Assembly: GCA_051362555.1 (NCBI GenBank)
Contig: CM120646.1
Location: 620,001-684,000 of the forward strand
DNA from: Lingula anatina
Lineage: Eukaryota > Animalia > Brachiopoda
Direction of reading: 5' to 3'
Length of the DNA stretch: 64,000 nucleotides
Shown: positions 41,258 through 55,850 of the stretch, piece by piece
Numbering within the stretch: position 1 is the stretch's first letter
How the letters are laid out: every line of letters starts with the position of its first letter
Position numbers and translations under genes: made by a program
Notes under the pieces: model-generated
What the model saw: only the letters and a program-made list of their open reading frames with translations
Database searches by the model: none
Told to the model about the DNA's origin: nothing

Positions 41258-42393
41258 CAGTAACAGAGACCATAATCGATACGCATTATTTGAAGTTTGT
41301 CATCTGGACTAAAGACTAAAATAATGAATAAATATTATTATTTTTTATTAGCCAACATTTGACTGACAAGGAAATGAAGCAGAATGTATCTTGCATTACA
41401 GATATACACAATATAACACTGCGTGAAACACTCCTCACCAAGTCTCTGAATTTGGAAGTCTTCATTAGTGTCTTTACAGTGATCAAACATTGTTGCAAAA
41501 TTTATACTGCGTCTGCAATATAAAATGTCGGTTATTGTGTTTTCGTTGAATTAAAATGCCTTTTTCCCATGAAACGACTTATACAAATACACTTTTAAAG
41601 AGATTCAAGTACTAGATTCAACTGTCACTACATCAAGATAATCCTCAACTGTGCAAAATGTCCTACTGAATTAGCCAACAAAATGTCCTACTGAATAAGC
41701 CAACAAAATTTCTCTCAATGGTTAATCAGGGACTGGTCCAGGATTATTTGAAGGGGGCGTCCACCGATGCAAAACCGACCCCCCTCCCTTTGCGTGGGGT
41801 TCAGGGCCCGCCGAAGGGGCACGAAAATGTTTGGCATTGTAGAGGGCGAACGGTGATATGGTTTAGAACTATGATTCAACTATTCAAAATTCTTATTTAA
41901 AGAGGGGGCCATTGGTGTGATTTTTTTTTCTTTCAGAAATGGAAAAGGGGGGCCAGGATCCCCCTGACCCCCCTAAATCCGCCACTGTTAATAAACCGGC
42001 CCGATGTTGATAGTTGTATACTGTCATATGGTTATCTCACCTTAGTCCCATGAACTCCACCTCAACAGTGCCCCGGATGTTATCCTGGTACGCATGCTCC
42101 AAACGCATGTTGACGTCACTTGGGTACATCACCCACTCCATATTACGTAACCATTGCCACACCACGTGCTCTCCTTCTGTAGATTGTGAAAACACCAGCA
42201 TTAACAGTGATAGCATTGTTGGCCGTCTTCTGGGTCTTCCGGAAGACGGTCAGATTTTCAAGTTTACATTGACGAGTATCTATTTTTTCTGTTGGAAGAC
42301 AGTCAAAATTGGAGGATGAATCAACAAAGATAATTTGGAAGACTTTCAGTAGATACCTCTGAATCCGCCCCTGTATAACCTGCTTTGGGGAGC

Positions 42394-42435
<42 letters not shown>

Positions 42436-45298
42436 TGATAGTTGTACATTTGTACTAGTATATACAAAGTAAAATACTGCTTATGTTAGCCTTCAGAAGA
42501 TATTTTCGTTCACTTATTCAGGCACGAGAATTGTAATCAATATTTACTATTGTATTATATTATAAAGTTAAATTAAGAATATAGTGTATATTTTGTTTTC
42601 CAAAATCATTAATAGACAAAAATCAACATTTTACGGGTGCTATACAATTTGAGGACCATACCTTTAAACTGAATTCCCGTAGCCCCTTCGGCAGGGTTCG
42701 GGGTGGAGTTAGGGGTTGCCTCCTCATCCCTGACCAAAATAATTAACTCAAGTAGCTTGAGAATATACATGTACTTGTTAGCAACATATCAATTCTTAAC
42801 AAACTTGGCAATTTGCAAAATGGTCTAATACACATGGCCTGTATTGACAAAAAAGAAAGGGAAAAAACTTACACTATCTCCAGGTCAAAGCATCCGTCAA
42901 ACCCATATCTGTAGTCGTATCCCTGCCTAGTCGGCCACATTACCTAATTTTGAATGAAACGTCTGTCTTAACAGTAATCTTTATAGAATGTTTTATGTGT
43001 ACCGCACAGCTAAGCACAATTCTGCATGGAAAGCTAGTTAAATAGGTCAACGTATAAATTAACATAAAATATCGCAACACTAACTAAATTTAAACGCAAA
43101 TGATATTCTTTTAAAAGTTTTCTATAAGTTCATTATCTACGTTTAATCTATGCAATTTACTCTTAAAATAGGGTTTCAGAAATAAACCATCACCATTTGA
43201 ACTTTATTTGTATCAACTGCTATTTGGATATCAGTTCCCAAGGGCAAAGTAAAAGGTGCTTACATTGACCAGTCCATTTTCTTGAACTCGAAACACTACA
43301 CCAACGTTTCCCTTGCCGCCATCTTGGTCTTGCCACTTCCAATCCGGACCTAAGAAAATTAAACAGTCACGTATGATTGGTTCGCTGTCCTCTAATAGTA
43401 TTACTATAGTGACGAAGACGAATTAGAGCATCCAAGCGTTTATTCACCGACTGATTTTTTATAGAAATTCACAAGCAGTTTTAGTCTATTTCTCCACACT
43501 GATCACGCATTTACTTGTTTTCGTTTCATTGTATTTTGCGTAATATATAAGCAGTAATATTCCATTCTCATGTTGCATTCCACTATTCAAGACTTCCTTA
43601 TTACCTAATTTCTTGACTTGATTTCAATTAAGAAAATTTAAATATTATCTTAATTTATCGTACTTAGATCATATAAAAATTCAGTTAACATGTGTCATGC
43701 ACGAGCTGGAAACTTACAATTTGATTGTGAAATTAAACAATCAAATAAAGCTTAATGTGACTTTGACATTTTTCCAACTTTTCCCTACTCAAAAGATAAA
43801 GGTTTTACGCTTTGTGACTCTTCAGAAATTCTCTTACCTATTTGATTTCTCTTAATTATAACTTGTAAATAGGGAAAGCTTAAGCTATTAACTTTTCAAC
43901 AATATCACACGTGGCCAAAACAAATGAAAATCTTCTTTATGTCTATTAAAAATCCCACAATTCAAACACTGGACCAAGACTGATTGTATCAAAACAATCT
44001 GGCATCAGAATCATTTATTGCTGTTACATTTACCTCGTACAACTTTGACACCAACAGCTATCAACTCGTCTGCCTTCAGCTTTCGTGGCTCATTCACTTG
44101 AAATATGTCATATTTATCTTCTTCTCCAAAACGATAATTTCTGGTCTTGCCATTAACGTCCCAGTTAACAAGGACCCATTCTGCAAATACGCATTCAATA
44201 TGACTGCCACCAATATTAGTTTCAATTACACAGCAGGCATATATGTCTCATGTTTTATTTCGGAAGCTGGGTATTCATTGGGTCAAACTCAGGGAAAGAG
44301 ATTAAATCAATTAATTTTATTGGCATGCTCGTATGAATAACATTGAAAATTCGTTTTACAATATAATTATGCTTGTACAAAAAGAAAGTAATGCCTGTGC
44401 AAAACGAAAGTAAAAGTTAATGTGAATTTGACCAAACAGAAATGAAAAATAAATACACGCATCATTTGTGACTTTATGTTACAAGAACGCATGACTCCTT
44501 GCAAGTATGACCAAGAAAGACTAAACAAAAGTGAAAATAAATTTAAAGAGTAGTTTCACTTGCTTCGTTTTCCATATCCGACCACGGTGCCCGGTCCACC
44601 GCCATCTTGGTTCTCCCACTTCCAGTCGGGGCCTCTCCGGACCCTTGTTCCTATTGGGAGATGAGCCTGTACTTCCGGGTCACTCTCCCTGCTGTCGTCA
44701 TCTTTGTCGTTCTCCTGCAGTTCCAACATCATGTCGAACATTTCTTTCTGGAATGTTAATGAAAGAGAACCGCTATGAAGTCCAAGCGAAAAAAAATAAT
44801 AATAATAAGGAAAATTGTATGTTTAGTTACTGATGTTTTACACTAACATTATTAAGATACTTTAAAGTACCGGGTACATCTCTAAAAAATGTTGTTTTTT
44901 TTTTCAGATCCGTTGTGACAGGAATGGTATTCCTAGAAATGGAAGTCCGAGGTCCCATATGACTAGTACAGGTTAGGGTTAGTTGGGGTATTGGGGTTAG
45001 TATATGGGCGAATGTAGAAAATAATTTGAAACGGACTACGATTCCTGGCGGACTTCTATTCCTGTCACACCATTAAGCTTAGGCCTATTCAGAGAGTTCC
45101 AAAGCAAATAAATCCTCCAAAGAACACTGCATCATTAAGGCAAAAACAGGATGATGTGATACCATATCAAATTCACTCATGTCGGCCTCCATGATCTCGG
45201 CGCCTTTGGTGGCCTTCATCCAGTATTCAAATGTTTTCACGTCCTGACCCACCAGCCTCTTCATGTCGTCTGTACCTGAGAGGGCAATACAAGATAAC

Positions 45299-45360
<62 letters not shown>

Positions 45361-46625
45361 ATCCATGTTTTATTGCATTTGGTAATTTACACGTGGGAAC
45401 GTACTCCATATAGGCCCTAGGCTACTACTAAGGGTGCTTTCCCAGAGATTTAGATCGACCTAGCTCCCTGGGGGTTCACGCTAAATTGCAGTCAGCCGAG
45501 TGGGCACCATAGTTAATTACCCCCTTACAGCTTTTAGTAGGCGGGACAGACGCTTAAGCCGGCCAAGCTCACAGTAATCTAGTGAGACTCCCCACAGGGA
45601 TAGATCGATCTAAAAATCTATGGAAATGGGATGTAAGCCTAGGTGTAGAACATACATAGGCCTATGTTTGCACATGTACTGGTTCATGTTTCCATGTATA
45701 TATTCTAATTATAAACTATGTGTATAAACATTATTTCTATGATGTGTTTGTTGCAATGATAAAGCTGGCCTACATTTAACGTGCGCGTACAACGTAGCAC
45801 AACGTAAAGCATTTCCGTTAGAAAAACATCATTAATAACAAATTTTGTTCTGCAAAATATGAATGAGACGAACAAAGGCACTGGTGGCAGTAAGTGAAAG
45901 ATAAGATAGTCGTCTTACCTTTAAATGGAGCAGCAAATCGGCACACCCATACCTAAATAAAAAAAGTATCTACGTGCTTGCAATAGGGTAAAATGCGGTG
46001 TAAAAACAAAATAGGTCTATTATTCTATTATGTAAGGGCTCATAGGCCTACTAGATGTTATAATCTGAGCATAATCTGTCCATTATTACACAGCTGGCTT
46101 CTTTTTCTTTAAAAATGAGCGAAACGTTTAAAGGCAAACCTTTTAAGGGAGACGTCAAAACAGATTCTTGGCAACAAATGATTCATAAATTAAAATAAAG
46201 ATATATAGGGCCTAACTTACTCAAATAAGTGGAAAACTAACTTGATGAAAGCGTGAATAAAAGAATGAATAGATGAATGAAAACGAACTGCCAAGTGCGC
46301 TTGTTAACATAACCACTTGCGTTTTACCTTTCTTTTGTAGAACCCGCCAAGTTTCCGCCATGTGACGTCATCGTCAGCTGAAAGCAGCACACCGTTCCCA
46401 ATCTTAACGACGGATGTCAGGAAATTCTAAAATTATAAAATTCTTCTCACAATTATAAATCAAAAGAAACTATCTATTTCAATGTCTACAGTTATATTTC
46501 ACGCACACGATGTCGAAGAGAGGTGCATCTCTCAATAATGTATTCATCAGCCTACATGTATGTCTAAGTCTAATAAAATCTACATAGATGTTTTCAGGTT
46601 TAAGAGCGTTTATTTTCAAGAAACT

Positions 46626-46661
<36 letters not shown>

Positions 46662-49036
46662 AAGAGAGAGAGAGAGAAGTTCACCGTGTCAATCTTCCCC
46701 CCACAAGCAATGAAAGTGGTAGCAGCTTTATTATGGCGGTCTGTATCATCAGCGTACATCTGAAGGGCCGTCGCTGTCTTATATTTCGCCTGAAACAAAA
46801 TGACGGAGAATACATATCGGCCAAAATGTTATTTAACAGGTTAATAATTGATTAATGTTCACGGTTAATTCACTCAGAGTGTCAGCTAGGGCAGCTGAAA
46901 TAAACCTCTTTCTGATATGTCGGGGTGCAGTCCATGGGATCCATCTTAACCCTCAAGAGACCGAGTGGGGTCATTTACGACCCCAGCTATATGATATAAT
47001 GTGCCATCTCTTTATTTTTTATTCAAATTTTCTTTCCTTGCATGAGTTTGTCAGTCTACTAATCCTACACACTTTCACAGTTTTTTGTATGGATCAACTA
47101 ATTAGTGTGGCGTATACATCACAAACTCTTGTGGGGTCATTTATGACCCCAAAGAGAAGCATTGGTTTTTAAATATTAGTTTTTAAATTTTATTCAAATG
47201 TTTTGCCCACGCAACACTGACAAGGAAATGCCACATGCATGTGCTTCATGCAACCAGCCAGTGTGCTCAAAACATAGGCACAGATAAGTGGTTTGTGAAG
47301 ATTAAGCTTGAAATGTTACTAATAGTGCATCGCTGAATCTAATTTCAGTGGCTTTGTTGGAACTTGTTCTCATAACCGGGTCTCTCATTTTGACGGTTAC
47401 AATTTTCGGGTATTTTGGAAAACTAAATAATTCTGGCGATATCATATTATACATATATTATCAAATTGTTTGTGTGGGTTATGTTTTATACACAGATGTG
47501 GAAGTAACATACATGTTGGTTGATTGAATGTGTTCTGAGTAGTGACTTCCTTACCAGCATTAGGGTATTCCCTACTCAGCAAGTCAGCGAATTATTCTCA
47601 TTGAAGTTAGCAGGATGCTATCTCAACATAAGTCAAAATATTTTTACTCAAAGTAATTTTGTAATGTTCTTTTTTCATTTAGTGTGGCAAATAAAAAGAG
47701 GAATAATTCTGCAAGTGGAAACTGACAAGGACTGTCTAAATACCGGTGTAATGTTGTTCTTAAAATCTGTGCTTTGTTATTTCATGTAATATAAGTATTA
47801 TTACCAAATACTTTTTACATTAGATCATTATAAAATACTTGTCTTAAATCCTGGGAGTAGTATAGGTGTGATAAACCCTCAACAGCCTTTTATAATAAGG
47901 ATCCCTGTACAGAGCACAATGGGGTCATAGATGACCCCACTTGGTCATTTCAGGCAGTAAAATAGCTTGGTCTCTTGAGGGTTAAACTGGGAAAGGTGAA
48001 GGGGCAAAAATCTGCTGGGGCACATGCGCACGCACACATAACAGGGTATACAGTTTGTTTCTCATGGCGCATATTTTCACAAATATGACACTTTTTAACA
48101 AAAAAAATTGACATTCTGTTCGCCGGAAGAAGCCCGCCGCACTCACCGTGGTGGACCCAAATGGTACATCTTCCGCCCCGACGTCGTTCTCATCACTAGG
48201 GTGACCGTCTGTAAACACCAAGATACGGGCCGAAACCTTCCTCCCGGATACCACCAACTGACCAGCTGACCAAGGAGATAGAACACATATTTCATAATAA
48301 AGAAGGGACGTATTGTGAGGAGCGATGACCACGTTATGACTGTGGTTGTGACGCCAGTTTCACCATATTAACGTCGTCAAAATGACGGTAGTCGTTTAAT
48401 TAAACTTAATTAAATTTAATTCAAATCCAGTTAAATATCTGGCTAAATCTTGAATTAAACTTACCGGATATATAATTTTCATCTATACAGTGTAGATCTT
48501 AATCAAGAGCAAAAATACAATGTTTACAAACAGTCAACTCATAGAAAATGGGACACCGAGCTCGTATATTAAATCCTTAATTACTGGTTTCTCTATCTAA
48601 AAGGTAATACTCACAGTTTCTCTGAATTTCCCGCTGTGCCTCTAATATCCCGGGGACAAGAGGTGACATTCCTTGGGGTTGGATATTTTCTGGAAAAAAC
48701 CAACAGACGCATTCTAAGTGATATGCTATGGTTGCTATGGTAAGACGGGGTAAGTATCATAATGGTAGAAAATCGGTTGTCGAATAATTTATCTAAAGGA
48801 ATCCTACTTTGACAAAAATCAACATGTGCCTTTGTAAAACAAATAAGATGTTTCACTAACAACTGACTGCACTGCACTCTTGTCAAAAAGTTTTGCCAAA
48901 GACTTCACGTCTATCAATAATGAGGTCAAATAATCATCTATAGTATCATTGGTTTGATGAACTTAAGAATGAAAAAAGTCACACATGAAAGCAAACATAC
49001 ACTCTCTCCCTCGCACACACATGCACGCACACACAA

Positions 49037-49079
<43 letters not shown>

Positions 49080-50015
49080 GGTAAGATGTACCCAATGCAC
49101 GTCTTATCTGGTAGTAATCAGTGGTAAGAGGCACTACAGTCGCCGCAATTTCTCCCCCAAATGTCACCAAAGCCACGTCCTCTTCAAACTCGTAGATGTT
49201 GTTTGCATATTCCATGTCTGAGAACAGAAAATTATAACTAGCATCACACATATATCTGATGCAAATAAACAGAAATGAAAAATTATACAGAATCCAATCT
49301 AACCAATTTTACACAATGCTCAACAAATTAAATGAAATTGTTTATAGAGTCGCCAGTTAATTATATAAATTTCATCTTTATTAAAAGGGGAAATCCATGT
49401 TCATGTAATGGTTTCCAAACTGACATATTTCTTAGCAAAACACGTAACGCTTGGTTTCATGTCTTACCAAATCTACCGGTACCTTTCGTGAAGTGAGGCA
49501 AGTAAAATCAACTGTACAAAAAAAGAAAAAATTCGCCAACTGGGACTGACAATGGACCAGTTCTTAATATTTCCAACTTTCGAGAAAGTTCCAAAATCTT
49601 TAATTAAATTAAAACTTCAAAATAAGTGCTAAATTTCACTTTTAAATTTTGGTACTAGTATTATTCTAAGTTTTCGGAATTGCCCCTGTTATACTGCATG
49701 CATAATCTGATCTTGGTTAATCTTTCAAGACAAGGCTGGCATCATGTACCGTCCAGCATCTGGTTAATCCCTCTCTTCAGTCGAGTGAAGGGCTCTCCCT
49801 GCATACTGCCAGAGACGTCCACACACAACACAGTGTCCAGACCGCTTGTCTTCCTCTTACTCCATCCTGGGGGACGACACAATAAATGAATAAATAAATA
49901 AATGTGTGGGTGTGTGTGGTTACAAAAAGTGGACGCGTTTCGTTCATTAGACTACAGTCATTTTTCGTCAACAATTAGACTAGTTAAATCTTCTCTTGCC
50001 GTCCAACCCTCCATC

Positions 50016-50070
<55 letters not shown>

Positions 50071-53000
50071 TTACTTCCCGTTCTTGGATTAGTTATTGGT
50101 TTCGATACACTGGGCGGCGGCGTTTCTTTCTGCTTATCGTCCGTGTTCGGAATTGTCTGTGCTTTTGTTGTTTGTTCTAACGTCTGCTCGAGGGGCAGTC
50201 CAGGCTCGGTCTCGAAGTGATCTTCATTTAGAATTGGGTCGGCAGCACTAGCTTTTTTTGAAGGAACACCATATCCTTCCGCACCGTTTGGTTTGATGTT
50301 TTCACTTTGATGTCCACCAGATTTACAAAATAACCTGTTAGTTAACCGCTCTAAATCAACTATGAGATTTTGTTTTTCAATGTATTGAGGGAGGTCATCA
50401 AAAAACTTTTGCCAAGACTCCAAATCCTCTAATAACTTGGCTTTTTCTGATTCAAGCGTTTTAATTTTAGCAGTTGCATTTTTCAATTGTTCATTTGCCT
50501 TCTCAAGATGTCGCGTTTTTCTCCCCAGCTCTAACGCCATACATCTTTGGCCCGCGGTCACTTTAAATTTTCCTACATCCTCGGCTAGAACCTCAAATGC
50601 TAATGTTGTTAGCTCTGCCTCCTCAACACTTTGTTGAAGTTTTTCAACCTTCTCCATCTCTGCTTCTAGTTGTGACCTGAGCGTTTGTACAGTAGTTCCT
50701 TCAGTCTGTTCTCCAAGAGCGTTGGTAAGTTTCACAACTTCACTTTGCAGTGCCGCGATTTCATGCTCCTTTTCTTGCATTGCTCCAGCACTTCGGTTGC
50801 ACCTTTGGCGAAGATCGTTCAACTCCATTTCCTTCTGTAGAATTTTACCATTGGTTTCTCCGAGGACATTAGAAAGGCGTTCGAACTCGCCATCCCTTCG
50901 TATCCGCTCATGTTTATTATTTTCAATTTCCTGATTGCAATCATCGAGTTGTTTCTGCAGGGAAGCAACTTGCTTCTCCCTAGCCTGCAAGTATCTCTCT
51001 ATCCGTTCGCGCTTGAGTTCATCTAAGTTTTTATTTTCATTACGAAAAGCATGCATTTTTGTCACAACATCAAAACGCCCATCCTCAAACGCCCAAAGAG
51101 AAACGTCTTTTGATGTGGGGACGTTTGAAGGTAAGGCACGGTTGGAATCCAATAATGCCGCCACTTTGAGGGCGGAAGGGGGGTTATCTTTCCGTGGACC
51201 GTGGTCGACAAAGTCGTCTCTACAGCCGTCTAAGAATTTACCTGTGGGGAAATTAAAGTATGATCAATTCATTTAAATACTACATATAATGCAACAAAAG
51301 TTACCAAGCATATATATTTGAAATATAAAATATTCTTTTAAAAAGATAACATTTTATCACAGTATTCATTATGATACAATGACAAAATGAGTCACGGAAT
51401 AAACCTTGGTTCACAAAGACTGTCAAATTCATTGTCTCCGATTTAAGATCTTGCTGCTGGAATTATCACATAAATTAGTAAAAGAAGAAATGCTTACCCC
51501 CTAAAAGCGTTCGTCCCTTCAGGTACTCTGCCCACGTCATAGGCGTAGTTATGTCCAGTGTCAACCTAAGCCCGGGAACAAGATGGCGGATATCGTCTGT
51601 CAGCAGGATCGACTCCAAATGTCTTTTCAACGGGGAGTCCCGCCCACGTGACCACTGCCAGAACGCGTCCAGTTGGTCCAAGTCCCCAAACTTCAGGTCA
51701 AAGATGAGACTTCCCTGGGAAATGGAATCAACTTGCAGGGGAGTTGTTAACCTGGCCAAAGAATAGGCGACCTCCTTCTGTCTCGTCTGGTCGTTCAGGA
51801 TGTTGCTCTGAAGCACAGATTCCGCCGTGGCCAGCTGCCTTTGTACAGTGTCGCTATGAGGCCCTTGCACCTCGGTGGTAGGACGTACTTCCAATTGCCC
51901 GTAGACATAACCTAGGATGGAAATACATCCATGTAATTAGTCTTGCTATGTCTACAATCACCTTTAAGAAATATAATCCAGATGGCATGACCTATGATCT
52001 TATTTTCCTAACGAACATTTATGTTGGTTTTAGCAAATCATTAATGAGTTTGACATTTAGGTTAGATTCTATATCCCTAGTCCCGGGGAGGTAAGAAGAA
52101 GAAGAAGAAGAAGAAGAAGGAGAAGAAGAAAAAAAAAGAAGCATGTTTGGCGTACTTTTCTTTCCCTCCAGTGCCTCGACAATGAAACCGCTTCCCGTCT
52201 TGGTGAGTGCTCGTTTAAGAGACGCAAACGCGCGTGCACCTCGCTTACGTAATATTTGTATCAAAAAATGTGTGTTTTTCTCGAGGTTTGATTTTTTACT
52301 CTCAAGGACTTCGCGGTCCGACTCCACTAGAACAGCGTCTTCGTACAAGTAGGGATACAGTGGCGACATCCGTAAGTTCTCAACAAGAAACACAAAGTTA
52401 TTCTGTATAATATCCCTTTGCCACTGTGTCATGGAACCTGGAAAGAAATAGATGTCGCTACAATCAAGGAACAAGACAGCATATTTTGATGTAATATACC
52501 AGAGAAAGGTTTATTAGGGAACCGTGATGCCATTGCTACATTTAAAACCAGGCGGTGAATGTCACACAAATGAGGTGGAAAAAGATAAGCAGAAGTACAA
52601 TCTAACAAATTCTAAAATGAATCCAATTTATTAAATGTCCCAAAAACTTTATTTTGTTTCTTTTATATGAGACCATGAAATGATTATGTAACCTAGTTTC
52701 GTATTCAGCTATCACAACTGCTATCTTTATCACTAAGCATATCACATCATTTCGTGGAACACTGGCTAATACACAATACATCAATACAAGGGATCACCAG
52801 ATAAACCAGCAGTCTTAGGGCTCATTTCTAATGAAACTATTGTTTTACATAGATCGACCCTAGTCCAAGGGGACTCTTGCTAAACGCAATCAGATTAGAG
52901 CTCATCACGCCTCCTTATGAGTAGAATACAGAAACGCTGGTTAGTATTTGAGTACGTGGAAAACAAGAGGAGGCGAGTTAATCTGTTTATCTGATTTGAA

Positions 53001-55803
53001 TTCGGGCTTGGGTCGATCTACGTAGAACGACAGTTTCTTTGTGAATGGGCCCTTATGCTATCTCGAATGATCCACACTGGGATTTCCAACAGAAAGAACA
53101 GCTAGAACACACACGTAGAAGCTGGTGGGAAGTATTCTTTATTTCACAAAAGATTCAAGCTGTTGATTCCAGAAATTCTGTTCACATGTTCTAACCTGAT
53201 TGTTCCTCAAGGGGTGTCTCGTCAACAGGTGGCGCCAGCGTGGTTGGAGCTGGGTTCAACTGTTGGTTGCTTTCAACGGGAACTCTTGAATAAAAAATAG
53301 GTTCCATGAAATCCACTACTTAATTTACCCTCGATCTTACAATCAATATAGCCCAATTTCTTTTCTGTATGACTTTCGAACAATGTTTGAATAAAGGAAA
53401 ATGTCGATAATTGGTTATCTCATAGCTAGTCCGAGAATCAAATATGACGACCCACTACAAAGCTTGCCGTCTAATCCACTAATTGACACTGAATAGATTC
53501 CCTGTGGGGAATTATTCAAGTGGGTTAGCCATCTTTGACCCTCGGACTAGTTAGTCCCCTATTCTGTATGGGCCCTATGGTGAATGCTTATAGAGGGGAA
53601 ACAACAACTGGTAGTTCTTTAATGGTCTTTGATATGACCGGACCATAGGCATCGAGCCCCCCACCCCCTCCTTAAACAGAGGGCTCGCAAGCATGCATTA
53701 CGTCTTTCTCTAGTAATATCCCATATTTGGTCTTTGTTTGTGTTAATACCTTACAGGTGATACATTTAAAGTCAGCATAACATGATCGTCTGGTGCTCTT
53801 TATTTGATGCATTTGCTTGTTCCTGTTAGCCAAACCAAGTCATTTCAAACGAAAGGTAGATTAAACAATCAGATAAAAAAAATTCCAATGCTTACGATGA
53901 GACCCCGGAGACTTGTACCCGGTCTACTGGCGTAGCTGGATCATCACTCCGTCTACTAGATGGCGCTGTGGTTTTTAAGGACGTTTCTTCCCCTAAATTC
54001 TCATCCCCACTCGCAGTTGCTGTTGCCGACTTTAATAAGATGAAACAATCCACTTAATAATCAACTTAATCAACTATTTTTAGCAAATGTCCATATGTAA
54101 TGTTGGGGATTAAACCGTCGTGAAATTTAAGCATAAATATAAGCTATTTGCTTTTTTCATAATGGCATGTTGTATTTTTTAAAAGTAAACATAAACGCGA
54201 TATTCTGTTGATTTATTAACCCAAAAAAAAAACTCCCTATACGTGGTAATTAAAACCCCCAAAATCCATTCATATATCTTCATGTATTCATTCATATCTC
54301 TTGAATATATATAAAAATCACCGATTTACCGAGTAATTGGGTAACACGTCTGGATTTGGGGCAGTTAGCTCGGTGTCAGATAGCTTTGATTCATCGGTGG
54401 ATATCTGTTGCCCAAACTGGGGTTTCATCACCTCAGCTACAACAAAAGTGAAAAGGATGATGTCAAAGGAAAGTGCAACCACACGGCAGTGACGCACCCA
54501 CCTTGTGTAATAATTTCAGTACTAATTCATAGTCTATAAATTTTTAATTTGTTTTTTCTTTCATATTGAAGAATTACTGAAGTATAAAACAAGAAAATCT
54601 GAGCGTGGCTAAAGTAAATCAAAGAGACTTTTTTGTGGTTTGACCCTCATAAATACATGTAATCATACGTATAACCAATTTATATTGGTAGCTTAATACA
54701 AATGTTCAATGGCAGTCCAAATTATAGTATAATTAACTGTGTATTTCTTCTGAAACAACAAAAAAGAAATAAAAAGAAAATATGACTTAATTTATTAATT
54801 ACATAATTAATACATAAATAAATAACAGCTTTTTTTTCTAAAATCCGATGCTATTTTATTTCCCCTGGACTGATCAGGTTTACCTCTGCCTCCGATGGAA
54901 TCCAACATATCAGAGCGTGTTGAGGCGAGGGATTCGCACTGCTCAATGTCGAACGCTTGCCATCCGTTTATAACCAGAGCCATAGACGCCAGTTTGTCCT
55001 CGTGCTCCTGAAGCCTGGACAGAACGCTTTTGTCGAGGGACGCCCCGGCTGACGCCTGGAGAGCCGCGTCTATCTTTTCGTCCATTGCCTTCATTGCTTC
55101 ACCCAGATGTTTGATCTGTTGCATGGTTTCGGATAGTTCATTAAATTTTCCCGTCACCGTAGTATTGAGAAGTTTTATGTCGTTCCTCAGGTCGCTGATG
55201 TCATATCCCTGGTACTGACCCTGGAAATAAAACAAAATTTAAAAAAAATGCATTAAGACATATCATAAGTACTGTATTCATTTGTAATAATGGAAAGTAG
55301 AAGTATTAATAGAATATTCACCTTTGTCAATATTATGTTAGACAACAAAATGTGATAATTTTTATCATTTTTCATTAATTAATTAATCTGTTTATTTATT
55401 TATTTATCATTTGTTTATTTATTTATTCAATCAAGTCAATTCAATTTAATTTCAATTTAAGTCAATCTATCATTAATTCCTTTAAGAAATTAATGCAATT
55501 AATGGATGATAATCATCACTAAATAGGTGAATGATTGCCCTCTGCCTTGACTTCTGACCTCTAGGTTGACCTCTGACCTTTGTGCTTATCTCATTTACTC
55601 ACCTCATATCCATAGTAACCAAAGTCGCCTTGGTAACCGGCAAATCCCTGGTAGTCGATATTAGGACCAAAAGGCATAGCTTGCACATTGCCCTCCTGAC
55701 CATACTGATAGTAACCCTGGGGCGGTACTGGTGGGTAACCTATGTGGGTTGTGTTGGGATCTACAGGAAACTGTCAAAATATTAATAAATTAATTAACAC
55801 CCA

Positions 55804-55850
<47 letters not shown>

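Noticed and set aside
42221-42372. Possible exon between MIB/HERC2 and WWE
   Set aside because: Gives an immediate stop; the segment is a dispersed repeat also at about 17150-17290; exon 42662-42729 supplies the correct phase.
44970-45000. ggttagggttag telomere-like motif
   Set aside because: Only about two units, inside a small TIR element (about 44910-45072); not a telomere.
49996-52352. Plus-strand ORFs overlapping gene A exons
   Set aside because: Antisense shadows of real minus-strand exons.
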